Positions 26,846 through 40,363 are shown, counted from the first letter of the stretch. The stretch is 64,000 nt of DNA from Octopus vulgaris (GCA_951406725.2 OX597819.1:12772001-12836000); one strand, 5' to 3'. The notes: generated by a model from the letters alone, not told the origin. Numbers and translations are program-made.

Positions 26846-28631
26846 CTGGGGCAAAGAAATTATAAGATCACTCTGTTATAATGTGTGTGTTTGGGTGTAA
26901 CGCTTTTAACAGCCTTAACTATGGAATGGAACTGAAGATGTAATTGAAATTTTTTTACAATGAAACAAGTCTGAGGGTTATGTGTCTAATAATCTTAATG
27001 AAACAAATTTGAAGACATGATCAAATTATTCGACATAAAAAACAAGTTTGCGTGTTGCGCTTTAAACAAACTCAACTATGGAATGAAATTAAAGACAAAT
27101 CAAAATATTTAATGCAATGAAACAATGTTATGAAGATTTATAAATCCATGCTTCATAAATGAAATAAAATTAACAAAACATGAAATTTCCATAGGTATTT
27201 CTTCTGACTCCTTATGTTCTGGGTTCAAATTCCACAAAGCTGACTTTTTCATTCTTTCAGGGTCAATAAATTAAGCACAGTGAAGCTCTGGTGTTGAAGT
27301 AATCGCCTAAAACCTTCCCCTAAAATTTCTGGCTTTGTGCCTATAGTAGAAAGGATTATTAATTATTATTTTTATAATGAATTAATTAATTACTTAAACT
27401 CCTAAAAAATATTTTATTTAAGCAACCTGCCAAAGAGACACGTAATTTTTTAGAAGCCCATGAAGTAGACTATGTGGTTTCTTGATGTATTATAAATAGC
27501 AGTCAAATCTGCCTGACATCACACTGCCTTGCTCTCCATTGGTTATGATGATGAGGGTTCCAATAGGTAGGAGCAATGGAACAGCCTGCTCATGAAATTA
27601 ACATGCAAGTGGCTGAGTACTCCACAGACACATGTGCCCATACTGTAGTTCTCAGAGAGACAGTTCTCAGCATGACAAGCCTGGCCTTTTGAAATCCAGT
27701 TACGACTCATTTTCACCAGATGAGTGGACAGGAGCAACGAGAAATCAATTGTCTTGCTCAAGGACACAGAGGTGGGGCTGGTAATCGAACTCATGACTGA
27801 GAACCCTAGCCTCTGGAAACCCTAATCACTGAATACTCTAGCCCCTGGAAACCCTAGCCACTGAATACAATAGCTACTAAAGTGGTGAACTGATACAATC
27901 GTTAGCATGTTGGGCAAAAGGTCTCGATGCATTTCGTCTGTCTTTACATTCTGAGTTCAAATTCCACTGAGGCTGACTATGCCTTTCATCCTTTTGGAGT
28001 TGATAAAATAGGTACCAGTTACACACTGGGGTCAAAGCGATAGACATCACAGTGCAATGTCTTAAAGAAAAAGGAAAGTGACACTGGAAAAAGTAATATT
28101 TGATATACAATAAACAATAAACGATGAATAGGCACAGGAGTGGCTGTGTGGTAAGTAGCTTGTTTACCAACCACATGGTTCCGGGTTCAGTCCCACTGCG
28201 TGGCACCTTGGGCAAGTGTCTTCTACTATAGCCTCGGGCCGACCAAAGCCTTGTGAGTGGATTTGGTAGACGGAAACTGAAAGAAGCCCGTCGTATATAT
28301 GTATATATAGGCGTGTGTGTGTTAGTGTGTCTGTGTTTGTCCCCCTAGCATTGCTTGACAACCGATGCTGGTGTGTTTATGTCCCCGTTACTTAGCGGTT
28401 TGGCAAAAGAGACCAATAGAATAAGTACTGGGCTTATAAAAGAATAAGTCTTGGGGTCGAGTTGCTCGATTAAAGGCGGTGCTCCAGCATGGCTGCAGTC
28501 AAATGACTGAAACAAGTAAAAGAGTAAAAAAGAGAGAGAGAGATGTGTTTGAGAATCTGTCTGGTCAAAGATAACTGATAAGGCAGTTAGCAACAACAAA
28601 GAATAAATAAAACAAGGACATCTCAGCTTAC

Positions 28632-28780
28632 TTCTTGTAGAACTTCTCGTAGCCAACACCAGGCTTTTGGAGACGAGCCCAAGAAACATCTAGAACACGA
28701 AGTTTGTCTGCAGACGATGATGACAAACAATCCTTCAGCCAATTAGTTGATACAAGAGTTCCAACTTTAGTAATCCGCAT
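28632..28780 (-). CDS. Sulfurtransferase copy A, coding exon 1 (ATG)
   Basis: MRITKVGTLVSTNWLKDCLSSSSADKLRVLDVSWARLQKPGVGYEKFYK; acceptor at 28796 with an in-frame TAA just upstream of the ATG. The seven exons total 846 nt (281 aa plus stop) with consistent phases. Confidence 0.88.
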
Positions 28781-29092
28781 GCTTTCCGATTAAAACTGCA
28801 AAGAAGAAAGATAAGAAGGGCTTAACTAAAAAAAATAACAAAAATAAAATATAAAAATAGATTCATCCACTTTTCCATGCTTGCATGGGTTGGATAGAAT
28901 TTGTTGAGGTAGATCTTCAATGACTGGATACTCTACCTGTTGCCAACCCTCATCATTTTCCTTGTGAGGTAATATTTCCACATGACCAGAGATGTTTCCT
29001 TGGAAATGAAGGACATCGTTTGCATGATTGTGATGCTTGTTTACAACAATTATCATGTGAATCCAAGGCAAGAAGACACTAACATACACACA

Positions 29093-29132
<40 letters not shown>

Positions 29133-29148
29133 TAGAGTAAAACCATTA

Positions 29149-31042
29149 TAATGGTAAGACAGTTGCAGGAGAAATACCTAGCCAAAGATAAGCCCCTGTA
29201 CCTGGCTTTTGTTGACATGGAGAAAGCCTTCAACAGGGTCCCCCGATCCCTTATCTGGTGGTCAATGTGGAAACTAGGGATAGATGAATGGTTAGTGAGA
29301 GCTGTGCAAGCCATGTACAGAGATGCTGCTAGTAAGGTGAGGGTTGGCAATGAGTACAGTGAAGAATTCCGGGTAGAGGTTGGGGTCCACCAAGGTTCAG
29401 TCCTCAGTCCCCTCCTATTTATCATAGTCCTCCAGGCAATAATGGAGGAATTCAAGACAGGATGCCCCTGGGAGCTCCTCTATGCTGATGACCTTGCTCT
29501 AATTGCTGAGTCACTATCAGAACTGGAGGAGAAGTTTCAGGTGTGGAAGCAAGGATTAGAATTGAATGGCCTTAGAATCAACCTAGCCAAAACCAAAGTC
29601 CTAATAAGTAGGAAGATAGACCAATCACAAACGACTTCAGGTAGATGGCCCTGCTCGATCTGTAAAAAAGGTGTAGGTAGAAACTCTATAAGGTGCACCA
29701 AGTGTAAGCTATGGACACATAAGAGGTGCAGCAATGTCAAAGGAAGGCTAACTAGGAAAATAGTTTTTGTCTGTGGCAGATGCTCAGGAGCAATAAACAC
29801 TGGAAATGTGCAGAGACCATCTTCCTTCACATTCCAGGGAGAAAAACTAGAAATAATTGATAGCTTCAGTTACCTAGGTGACCAAGTCAGTAGCGGGGGT
29901 GGGTGTGCTGAAAGTGTAACTGCTAGAGTAAGAATAGCCTGGGCAAAGTTTAGAGAGCTCTTACCCCTGCTGGTGACAAAAGGCCTCTCGCTCAGAGTAA
30001 AAGGCAGACTGTATGATGCATGTGTACGTACAGCCATGCTACATGGTAGTGAAACATGGGCCGTGACTGCTGAGGATATGCGTAAGCTCGCAAGAAATGA
30101 AGCCAGTATGCTCCGATGGATGTGTAATGTCAGTGTTCATAATCGACAGAGTGTAAGTACCTTGAGAGAAAAGTTGGAGCTACGAAGCATCAGTTGTGGT
30201 GTGCAAGAGAGACGTTTGTGCTGGTATGGTCATGTGACGAGAATGGATGAAGATAGTTGTGTGAAAAAGTGCCACACCCTAGTGGTTGAGGGAACCTGTG
30301 GAAGAGGTAGACCCAGGAAAACCTGGGACGAGGTGGTGACGAGGAAATGACTAGAGATCAAGACCTATGGGAGTATGCTGTGCGTGAGAAGACCCGGCAA
30401 GACTAGTGAGACCATAACCCATGGCCTCTACCTGGTATGTAGCCAGTCGACTTATACATACCTTTCCTTCTTGGGACACAAAACTCCACTTGTGAAGACC
30501 CGTTGAGGCAAGTGAAAATCAAAAATCAAATCAAATCAAACCAAATCAAATCAGATATCAGAAAGCAGAACCAAAATCGAAGTCGATCAACATCAATGGA
30601 AATTGCGGCTTTGATACCAGTGCCGGTGACAAGTAAGCGAACCATCCGATCGTGGCCGTTGCCAGCGCCGCCCTGCCTGGCCCCCGTGCTGGTGGCACGT
30701 AAAAAGCACCATCCGTTCGTGGCTGTTGCCAGCCTCGCCGGTGGCACATAAAAGAACCATCCATTCGTGTCCATTGCCAGCCTCGCCTGGCCCCCGTGCC
30801 GGTGGCACGTATAAGCACCACCGTTTGTGGCCGTTTGCCAGCTCCGTCTGGCACCTGTGCGGGTGGCACGTAAAAAGCACCCACTACACTCGCAGAGTGG
30901 TTGGCGTTAGGAAGGGCATCCAGCCGTAGAAACACTGCCAGATCAGACTGGGCCTGATGCAGCCTTCTAGCTTCCCAGATCCCAGTTGAACCGTCCAACC
31001 CATGCTAGCATGGAAAACGGACGCTAAATGATGATGATGATG
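29149..31042 (+). mobile_element. 5'-truncated RTE-clade LINE (RT, PHD-like finger, 3' UTR)
   Basis: ORF 29151-30350 has LAFVDMEKAFNRV, GVHQGSVLSPLLF, LYADD and GRGRPRKTW; tail CCCATGCTAGCATGG...(GAT)n. Confidence 0.92.
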
Positions 31043-31280
31043 AATGCAATTCAAACAATGATAGACATAAACCAAATCATAAATAAAAAATATATTTTAA
31101 AACATAACTAGATCACAAAAAGTAAAAAAGTACAAAAATGAACAAATAATATTGAATTGCATTATAGTGGTTTTTCTCTAATGTATATATATATTATATA
31201 TTTATATTGTGAAATTTGATTTAATGCTAAATTGAATTCTTCCCTGTAAATTTGGAGTTATACTCCCCAATATTATTATT

Positions 31281-31323
<43 letters not shown>

Positions 31324-31326
31324 TTA

Positions 31327-32957
31327 CAGTTGCGGCCAAAATGTTCAGAACGGCATTGTTTTCGTCAGAAAAGTAAGTATAAGTTTTTATCAAAGTAGTT
31401 TTATATTCTATAATTTTCACAGACAATAAATACAATATTAATTGTTATTGTCTGAGATTTTGGTATAATTTGAGAGGATAATACAAAAGTTATGGATGAT
31501 TTAGTGATTTACTGCAAAACCCATGGCGGCCAAAATGATCAGAACGGTTGAAAAAAATAACAAAATAATCAAAAATGACAGAGAATACTGGAATTATTTA
31601 ATATTTAGTGTGAAGCCCTTTAGCTTCAATCACACTCTGACATCTTTGACTGCATGAGGAAATTAAATTTTCAATTTCTTGCTGGGTGATCTTATTCCAT
31701 TCTTCCTGAAGGGCATTCCATAATTGCTCAGTTGTTTTAGGATTTCTGGCTTTCGAACGTTCCCCTAGAATATTCCATACATTTTCAATAGGATTGATAT
31801 CTGGGCTTTGAGCAAGCCAATCCATAACAATAACCTTTTCAGCCTTAAGGAAGTTCATGACCACCTTAGCCTTGTGACATGGGGCATTGTGCTGCATGAA
31901 TATGAATGGTCGCTTAGTTGAATTTCTCAGCACAGGCAAGACATGATCTTTTACAAGTTGTTTATAAACTCCTGCATTTACCTTTCCATGTAATCGCACC
32001 AAAGGGCCCACACCATCTCCAGATATCATCCCCCAAACCATGACACTTCCTCCACCGAATTTAACACTAGTTTTAAGGCATTTAGGCGACAATTTTTCAC
32101 CTACTTTTCTACAAACGTACCTTTTCCCATCTGAGCCAAATAACAAACTTAGATTCATCACTGAAATGCACCGTTTGCCATTTTTCTTGAGACCACGACA
32201 CATGTTTGGTTGCAAAGGTAAGACGACACTTTTTATTCTTGGAGCTGATCAGTGGCTTCACTGCAGGTGCTCTTGCTTGTAGGTCATGTTCAACTAAACG
32301 ACGAGACACAGTTTTTCGAGATATAAAGTTTTCTTCAATACAATGCTCATTTTCCGAGAAACAGCAGCAGCAGTTTTAAATCTGTCCTTTTTAACCAACT
32401 TTACCATAGCACGATCTTCTCTCTTGGTTGTTTTTCTTGGCCTACCTGTAAACTTTCTTGCTTCACACGAACCACAATCATCGTAGACCTTAAGAATACC
32501 GTGTACAACACTTTTTGACTTGTTAACAATCTTTGCAATAGATCCAATACTTATATTATCCTTCCTTCGAAGCTTAATAATCTGCTGACGAATTGGTAAC
32601 GGAGTAAGTGGAATTATATTAACAAAGTACACTGCAAATATTCTTACTAATGTTTAGTAAACGAACCGTCACGTAAACAAATTGAAAACATTAGAGTTCG
32701 CCGGTTAAATACACTAAAAACACGGAGTAAAAGCAACCGTTCTGATCATTTTGGCCGCCATGGGTTTTGCAGTAAATCACTAAATCATCCATAACTTTTG
32801 TATTATCCTCTCAAATTACACCAAAATCTCAGGCAATAACAAATAATATCGTATTTATTGTCTGTGAAAATTATAGAATATAAAACAACTTTGATAAAAA
32901 ATTATATCTACTTTTCTGACGAAAACAATGCCGTTCTGAACATTTTGGCCGCCACTG
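31327..32957 (-). mobile_element. Tc1-family IR-DR DNA transposon with defective transposase
   Basis: 224-bp TIRs (31327-31550 and 32734-32957), each with direct repeats GGCCAAAATG(T/A)TCAGAACGG; TA flanks. Transposase is split over three frames (HTH/GRPRKTT, FSDESKF, VMVWG, SPDINPIENVW) and the second catalytic D reads H (QHN). Confidence 0.93.
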
Positions 32958-33124
32958 TATATATATATATAGGGAAAGTTTACGAAAAAAAAACAAAAGA
33001 TGAAGGCAGGTGGTGTATAAAACAAACAGATGTATTAGTATAATGCTCAGGAATAGAAAAAGTCTTTTACGTTTCGAGCCTACGCTCTTCTACAGAAAGG
33101 GACTCAGAAAAAACAAGGAGAAAG

Positions 33125-33157
<33 letters not shown>

Positions 33158-33195
33158 ATAAAAGTATTTTCGTAAACCTGCCTTCGTCTTTTATA

Positions 33196-33228
<33 letters not shown>

Positions 33229-34780
33229 AGCACAAAGAAAGGTTACAAACCTCATTGAGGGATAGCAAAATCCTATGAAATCGCTGGTTAGTTACCTTTA
33301 CAAAGAATATTGAACATTATATTTAATACTCCACTGCAAGGTAACTATATAAACTGTGCTTTGTATATATTTATTATAATAAGACGAGAAAATAGAGAGA
33401 TAATTAATAAATTATTATTTATTAATTAAAATATTGACAAACATGCCTTACAGCTATTTCAATTCCAGACCAACAGAAAATTAATTAAATTAAAAATTAT
33501 CTGAAAGTCAGATCTCTTCAGAGGTAGTTTAAGATGTGCAAAGTAGGTGTTCAGTTCCTGTATGTTGTGTCAAAGGTTTGCTGCCGTTTACTCAACCTGC
33601 AAGAACACCAATTTTGTGCATCTTAAACTACCTAAATCACTTATGTATATGTAATTATATGTACATACACAAATATACATACATGCACATGAACACATGC
33701 ATACATATATACACAAATATCCATACATGCACCCACCTGACTGGTACCCATGCCGGCGGCACGTAAAAAGCAACATTCGAGCGTTGTTGATGCCAGTCCC
33801 ATCGGACTGGCTCCCGTGCCAGTGGCACATAGAAAACACCATTTCAGTGTGGTCATTGCCAATGTCACCTGACTGGCTCCCGTGCCAGTGGTGCGTAAAA
33901 AACACCATTTGAGCATGGTCGTTGCCAGTGTCGACTGACTGGCCCCCATGCCGGTGGCACGTAAAAAGCACCCACTACACTTTCGGTGTGGTTGGTGTTA
34001 GGAAGAGCACCCGCTGAAGAAACATTGCCAGATCAGATTGGAGCCTGGTGCAGCCTCCTGGCTTGACAGTCCTCAGCATGGAAAGCAGACGTGAGCGTAG
34101 CTGGGGGGAGGGGATCAGTCACGGGCGGCACTTTCAAAGGGGCACCAATTTTAAGTCTGCAGTAGGCAACATGTTGGGTCCGGGGGCGGCAAACGGAAGG
34201 GCCGCCCCGGACGGCACTTTCACTAGCTAAGCTAGTGCATACTCACATAAAATACATACATAGAAACACACACAAAAAAGATAAATATAGGCGATTCAAA
34301 TGAAAAAAATTGAAGAAATTAATTTTTTTTTCTACGGAAATTACTGAGCAAATAGTTTCAGTTTTGATGTACCACCTCCAAAGAATCGTCAAAGACACTA
34401 GCAACGAAGTGCTGTGCGGTGGAACTGAACCCGAAAGCACGCAATTGCTAAACGAACTTTTTAACCACACGGCTATGTCTGCACCCATAACAAAAGATTT
34501 TGTTTACAGGACACAAGTTTCTCAAGCAGCCACCCGTCCTACTATTAAACTAAGTACAGTGGTACTTAACTTAAGTAATCTGATAAGACTGCAACTTTCA
34601 GTTGCTTGTGTGTGTATGTATACATACATTATTTACATTTGACTTAATCTTGTTTGTTGCTAACACGTTTCCGCTGATATACCCTCCAGCCTTCACCAGG
34701 TGTCTTGGGGAAATTTTGAACGGGGGTTAGTAACCCGCCCTCTTAACCACTACGCCATATGGTGGCATGAACGTCTCCCT

Positions 34781-34815
<35 letters not shown>

Positions 34816-35699
34816 CCGAAAGATCGTTCCCAAGCCTATAAGCTCTCAGGTTTGGTTTCCAGGATTCAGGGGCATATATATTCCATATTCCACTCACCCC
34901 TCTTGGACGGGATGCAGGTCCATTGCAAGATTATCCATTTTAGCCAGCTGAGGGTATTGACCAACGTGAAATGAAGCTTTGCTCAAGAACATAACGCATT
35001 GCCTGGTCCTGGAATCGAAACCACAATCTTACGATTATGACTGCAACTCCCCAACTACCAAAAAACTATTTTTTTAATAGCATGAGGTTATGCTATTAAT
35101 GGGGGGGAAATATTGAAGAAAAAAACCAAAAAAAACTATACTTGTCAGAGTGAGAAAGACACAAGGAAGTTGGTCATGGGATACGCTAGAAACAACAGCC
35201 AATGACACTTTTACAGCTGAAAATATTTACTTTTTGTTTTGCTTTTTTTTTTTTATCGGAAAGGCTTCTATAGTTTTTAAGTGTGTATATACGTATATAT
35301 TCTCCCCATTAATAGCATAGAGTCAACAGACGAGAGCCAGGTTCTCAATATGGAAAACACTTTGTAGCCCTCAAATGATTTAAGTTAGGCTTTGAAACCT
35401 TTGCCGAGGACCAAGTTTACGGGACAATGATGTAATTAAACAAATAAAACTGCTTGGGTTTCGTATAGAGAATATATGTATATACATGTAAATAGAGAGA
35501 CGGTGAATATTTAAGTATAAATATATAAAAAGAGAATAGACTGACACAGTACAAAACAGAAAAATAAAGGGGAGAAGAATGCATATATTAAACGTATAGT
35601 GTTACAAGTCCGACAGCTATACATACATATATATACCCGGTTCGTTACTTGTTGATAGTAGCGGAGAATATCTTAATTAGGCACCCGTAATCTTATTCC

Positions 35700-36085
35700 T
35701 ACAGCTTTTTTCATGGTTGATCCTTCCTATGTTTGATGAACAAGTTCTGCTGCAAAATCTGCAAGCAAGGAGGGTGCTGCAGAGCTGCGATCTGTTGTTT
35801 TTATTTCGTTTTGTTTCGAGGCCCGGGATGTTTTCTTTGCTCGAGCTGTTTCATTTCTTTGTTCATTGAGGTCTACCAAGCAGTTCGACCTTCAGTTTAC
35901 TCCGCCCAAGTCTTTGCATCGATGTAGCACTTGGTCGGGCTGCTCTTACACGTGTCCTTAAATCACAACTTTGGTCGTCCTCAGCTACCCTGAGCCAACT
36001 CGCCATATAACAGCTGTTTGAGAATTCTGTTGTCATCCACCCGCTTCACATATCCAAGCCATCTTAGTCTCCTTTTGCGCATCAA
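35700..36085 (-). mobile_element. RTE (BovB-like) LINE 3' remnant
   Basis: RRLRWLGYVKRVDDNRILKQLLYGELAQG, followed by a decayed GRPKL.FKD. Confidence 0.65.
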
Positions 36086-36506
36086 ATATTCATATATATA
36101 TGACGATGGACTCTCCCGTCGAATTTTATGGCGATTAAAATGTATGTGGTGTACATTAGCTCCTTCCCTACCTCCATCAAATCGACTTTGCATTAACGGG
36201 TGCGCGGTGTACCACATGTCGGCAGTCGAAGTAATCACAGAGCAACGAAGAGATGAAGTGTTTTGCTCAAGACATAACGTACCTACCGGTCTGGGAATTG
36301 AAACTACGATCTCACGATTATGAGCACAACGTCTTACCTACTAGGCCTTAGGCGTGGCTGTGCAGTTAAGAAGCTTGCTTCCCAACTACATGGTTCTGGG
36401 TTCAGTCCCACTGCATGGCACCTTGGGCAAGTGTCCTCTACTATAGCCTCAGGTCGACCAAAGCCTTGTGAGTGGATTTGGTAGACGGAAACTGAAAGAA
36501 GCCCAT

Positions 36507-36598
<92 letters not shown>

Positions 36599-37064
36599 TG
36601 GATATATATTTAATTTATGTAGGTGTCTTCGACAACCGGTGTTGGTGTATTTACGTCCGCGTAAACTAGCGGTTCGGCAAAAAGATTTTGATAGAATAAG
36701 TACCAAGATTTTTTTAAAATTATAAGTTCTGGTGTCGATTCATTCGACTAAAACCTCTTCAAGAAGGTGCTCCAGCATGGCCGTAGTCTAATGACTGACA
36801 CAAGTAAAAGATATACACACACCTTTTATTCTTTTACTTGTTTCAGGCATTTGACTGTGGCCATGCTGGAGCACCGCCTTAAAGGGGTTTTATTTAACAA
36901 TCGAGCAAATCGACCGCAGGACTTATTCTTTGTAAGCCTAGTACTTATTTTATCGAGCCGTTTTGCCGAACCGCAAATCATATACATCATATATACAAAC
37001 ATATATTTTTATCATATACACACACGCATATGTGTATATATCACATATATACACACACACATTA

Positions 37065-37110
<46 letters not shown>

Positions 37111-37358
37111 TCATATAATACATGTACCTCATATATACACATATATAATATACCTTTATATATGTACGTATATATCTATATCTCGATATATATATATGCG
37201 TGTGTGTATGTAGGCAAATTGAGTGTAATTCCCTTATTTACGCCGTTCTATTTTTTCTCTGAGTTTGGTTTAATAAAATTAATTACGTTACGTCCATATT
37301 AACGAGCACTTGTGTCTGTGTGTCTTCTCTTAATGAAGTCTGCTAAAGTCGTACTTAC

Positions 37359-37686
37359 CAGACTGTTTAACCCTTCTAAAGGCAGGTGCGTTGTATTCCT
37401 CGCCAGCCAACAAAGAACTGCAGAACTTCTAATACGCTATCTCTGTTTGATACCACATAAAAAGTGGAATGACCTCGAAATTACTGCATAGCAGGTTATA
37501 CATATACATATATATAAATATATATATATATATACACACACACGTACGCACGCACTCACACACACACGTACGCACACTCACACATACACACACACGCACG
37601 CACACACACACACATACGCGCGCGCGTATACTGCAGTAGACACACCCCTCATTGAAACAAAGGCACAAGCTAATCAAACGTTTATA
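37359..37686 (-). promoter_or_regulatory. Candidate TATA box and non-coding first exon of sulfurtransferase copy A
   Basis: TATAAA (37686-37681) and donor CTG|GTAAGT at 37359/37358, both conserved in the paralog at 50831-51117 despite flanking divergence. Confidence 0.55.
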
Positions 37687-38709
37687 ATACCTCAGCATTT
37701 GTTTTATTAAGTCCCATAAAATCACAGAAGGCGGGGTTCACATGTTAGTTTGAACATTGTAAATAAATACGTGACTAGAAGTATGTAAACGGTGTCAGAC
37801 GATAGTAATTCTCCTTAGAGTCTCAAACTGCTTTAGTTGATGTTTTAATAAATGTAGAGTCCGTTGAAAATATATAATATAACACTAACGCGGGTTTCAG
37901 TCGTTCCGGCTCATTGGACATCAGAAATATCCATGCAAGTGTTACATAGTGAGGCAATCCTTCGGTTTAACTCGACAAAACAATAACAAGACCCCCCGGA
38001 TGTTTCCGTGACAACTCGACAATTCACTTCGGATATCTTCATGACCTCCGTAACAGCTACTAAAATGAGAGGAGGAGAAGAAAGCTAATGTGGTGTGTGT
38101 GTGTGTGCGTGCTTGTTCTTGTGTGTGTGTGTGAGTGTGTGTGTGTGTGTGTGTGAATGTGAGCGCGCGTGCGTGCGTACTTCGTATTTTTTTGTTGTAC
38201 AAGTTTCGTGACATCCTGTGCCTACAAATGCATGTATACACAGAGATGTATGTAGATATATATATATATATATACATATAAAATGAGATAGGGGTTGTAA
38301 ATTCAACCCTCCATGGGATAACATATATCCAATATACTGCTAGAGAAGTACCCAACAAAGCTAATACATAAATGTTAAAAATTGCGATGCAATTAATTCA
38401 TCTACTGTATTATGTGGGCAAAGGTAAAATATTTTTACCGTAAATTAATAATACAAAATGAGAAAATGGAGAAATATATCTAAATCAATCATCAACCATC
38501 AGATAATACCCAATCAATACTTTATTAAACCACTACACAACAGCAATGATATTATACATTAATATAGTACAAATATAACAAGACATAGAAATAGAAATAG
38601 AAATACATTTACATTGTAGCTGACAGAATATTTCTATTTGATGATTGATTTAGATATATTTCTCCATTTTCTCATTTTGTATATATATATATATGCATAT
38701 ATATATATA

Positions 38710-38779
<70 letters not shown>

Positions 38780-39135
38780 TATATATATATATATCATTAT
38801 ATGATTGAATGCCACGCATCCTCTTCTAAGTAAGTTTTATCTATCTGTATTACCAACATTGCCTTACTGGCACCTGTGCTGGTGGCATGTGTAAAAGGAT
38901 TCGAGCGAGGTCGTTGCCAGTACCGCCTGGCTGGCCCCCGTGCCGGTGGTATGTAAAAAGCACCCACTACACTCTCGGAGTGGTTGGCGTTAGGAAGGGC
39001 ATCAAGTTGTAGAAACTCTGCCAAATCAAGATTGGAGCCTGGTGCAGCCATCTGGTTCACCAGTCCTCAGTCAAAATCGTCCAACCCATGCTAGCATGGA
39101 AGGTGGACGTTAAACGATGATGATGATGATGATAC

Positions 39136-39297
<162 letters not shown>

Positions 39298-39933
39298 TGG
39301 TAGAGAAGATGGAGCATGCCAAAAAGTAATTTATTATAACGATTGTTTTGGCTTGATGTTGCACTGCCCCCTAGTGGGTGTTGAACGATGCAATGCACAG
39401 TGCAAAGAAAACTCCTCAGGTGACATAATGCACTTTTAAGTGCAGAGATTTACATTTCATTTCTGCTGCATTGAGAGATTCTGTCAGTTCGGGTAGATGT
39501 GTCCAAGTGAGGAAGAAAACACAGGAATGGAATCAAAAAGCACCTGGCATGAATGGGGGGGGGGTTATTATTTGGGGTCATGATGATAGTGTTAAAAATA
39601 AGAGGTACAAAAATACAAAAATAGAATAAAAAGTATAAAGTATTTAGTGTAAAGGGAGCAGTGCATCGTGAAGACAAAACAATTGTTGTGACAATAAATT
39701 GCCTTTTGGTACACATCGTCTTCTCTATCAATCTTTAATATATACCCTACGTGCACTCTGGAATTCCTGGAAGTTGATCTCATGATGAATGCAAAGTGTC
39801 GCTGATGACACCTTGTAGCCATAAATGGTAAATGTGCTTCTGTGGACGCATGACCTGGGACTTACTCTGAAGCAAGGTTTTGATACTACATTTAATGCAT
39901 GATTTCCAGCCTTAATTCTTTAACTTTAAATTC

Positions 39934-40079
<146 letters not shown>

Positions 40080-40266
40080 AGTAGGTGAATGAATTATCCT
40101 AGCATGGAAAATCCGTTTAACCGATACCTGGGTAGCAAATTCACGTCAGAAAACACGGTTGAAGCGACCTGTCAAGGGTAGAAACTCCGGGTTCTTGTGT
40201 GGAAATTAGTGTGTTTTTTATATGAATAAATGAAAGAATGGAGTCGAACGAAGATTTTAACAAAAT

Positions 40267-40363
40267 TCCTTTACTCTCGACACATATTTCGAAGACGGCA
40301 TACTTTTAATTCCGAAGGAATAAAGGGTGCATTATGCCATCTTCTCATCAGGAAAGATAAGGA
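40267..40363 (-). ncRNA. Type I hammerhead ribozyme in the inverted 5' pLTR copy
   Basis: Reverse-complement copy of 42681-42777 (GAAA-UAUGUG-UC variant). Confidence 0.78.

Larger units (their letters stand above)
20715..37705 (-). repeat. Left arm of large inverted segmental duplication
   Basis: Colinear reverse-complement homology to ~50800-63605 across exons, introns and shared TE insertions, interrupted by copy-specific insertions and deletions. Confidence 0.9.

Noticed and set aside
30615-30880. CRISPR-like array of palindromic repeats with variable spacers
   Set aside because: The linkers are homologous to each other, the array is the 3' UTR of an RTE LINE repeated many times in the window, the context is eukaryotic and there are no cas genes.
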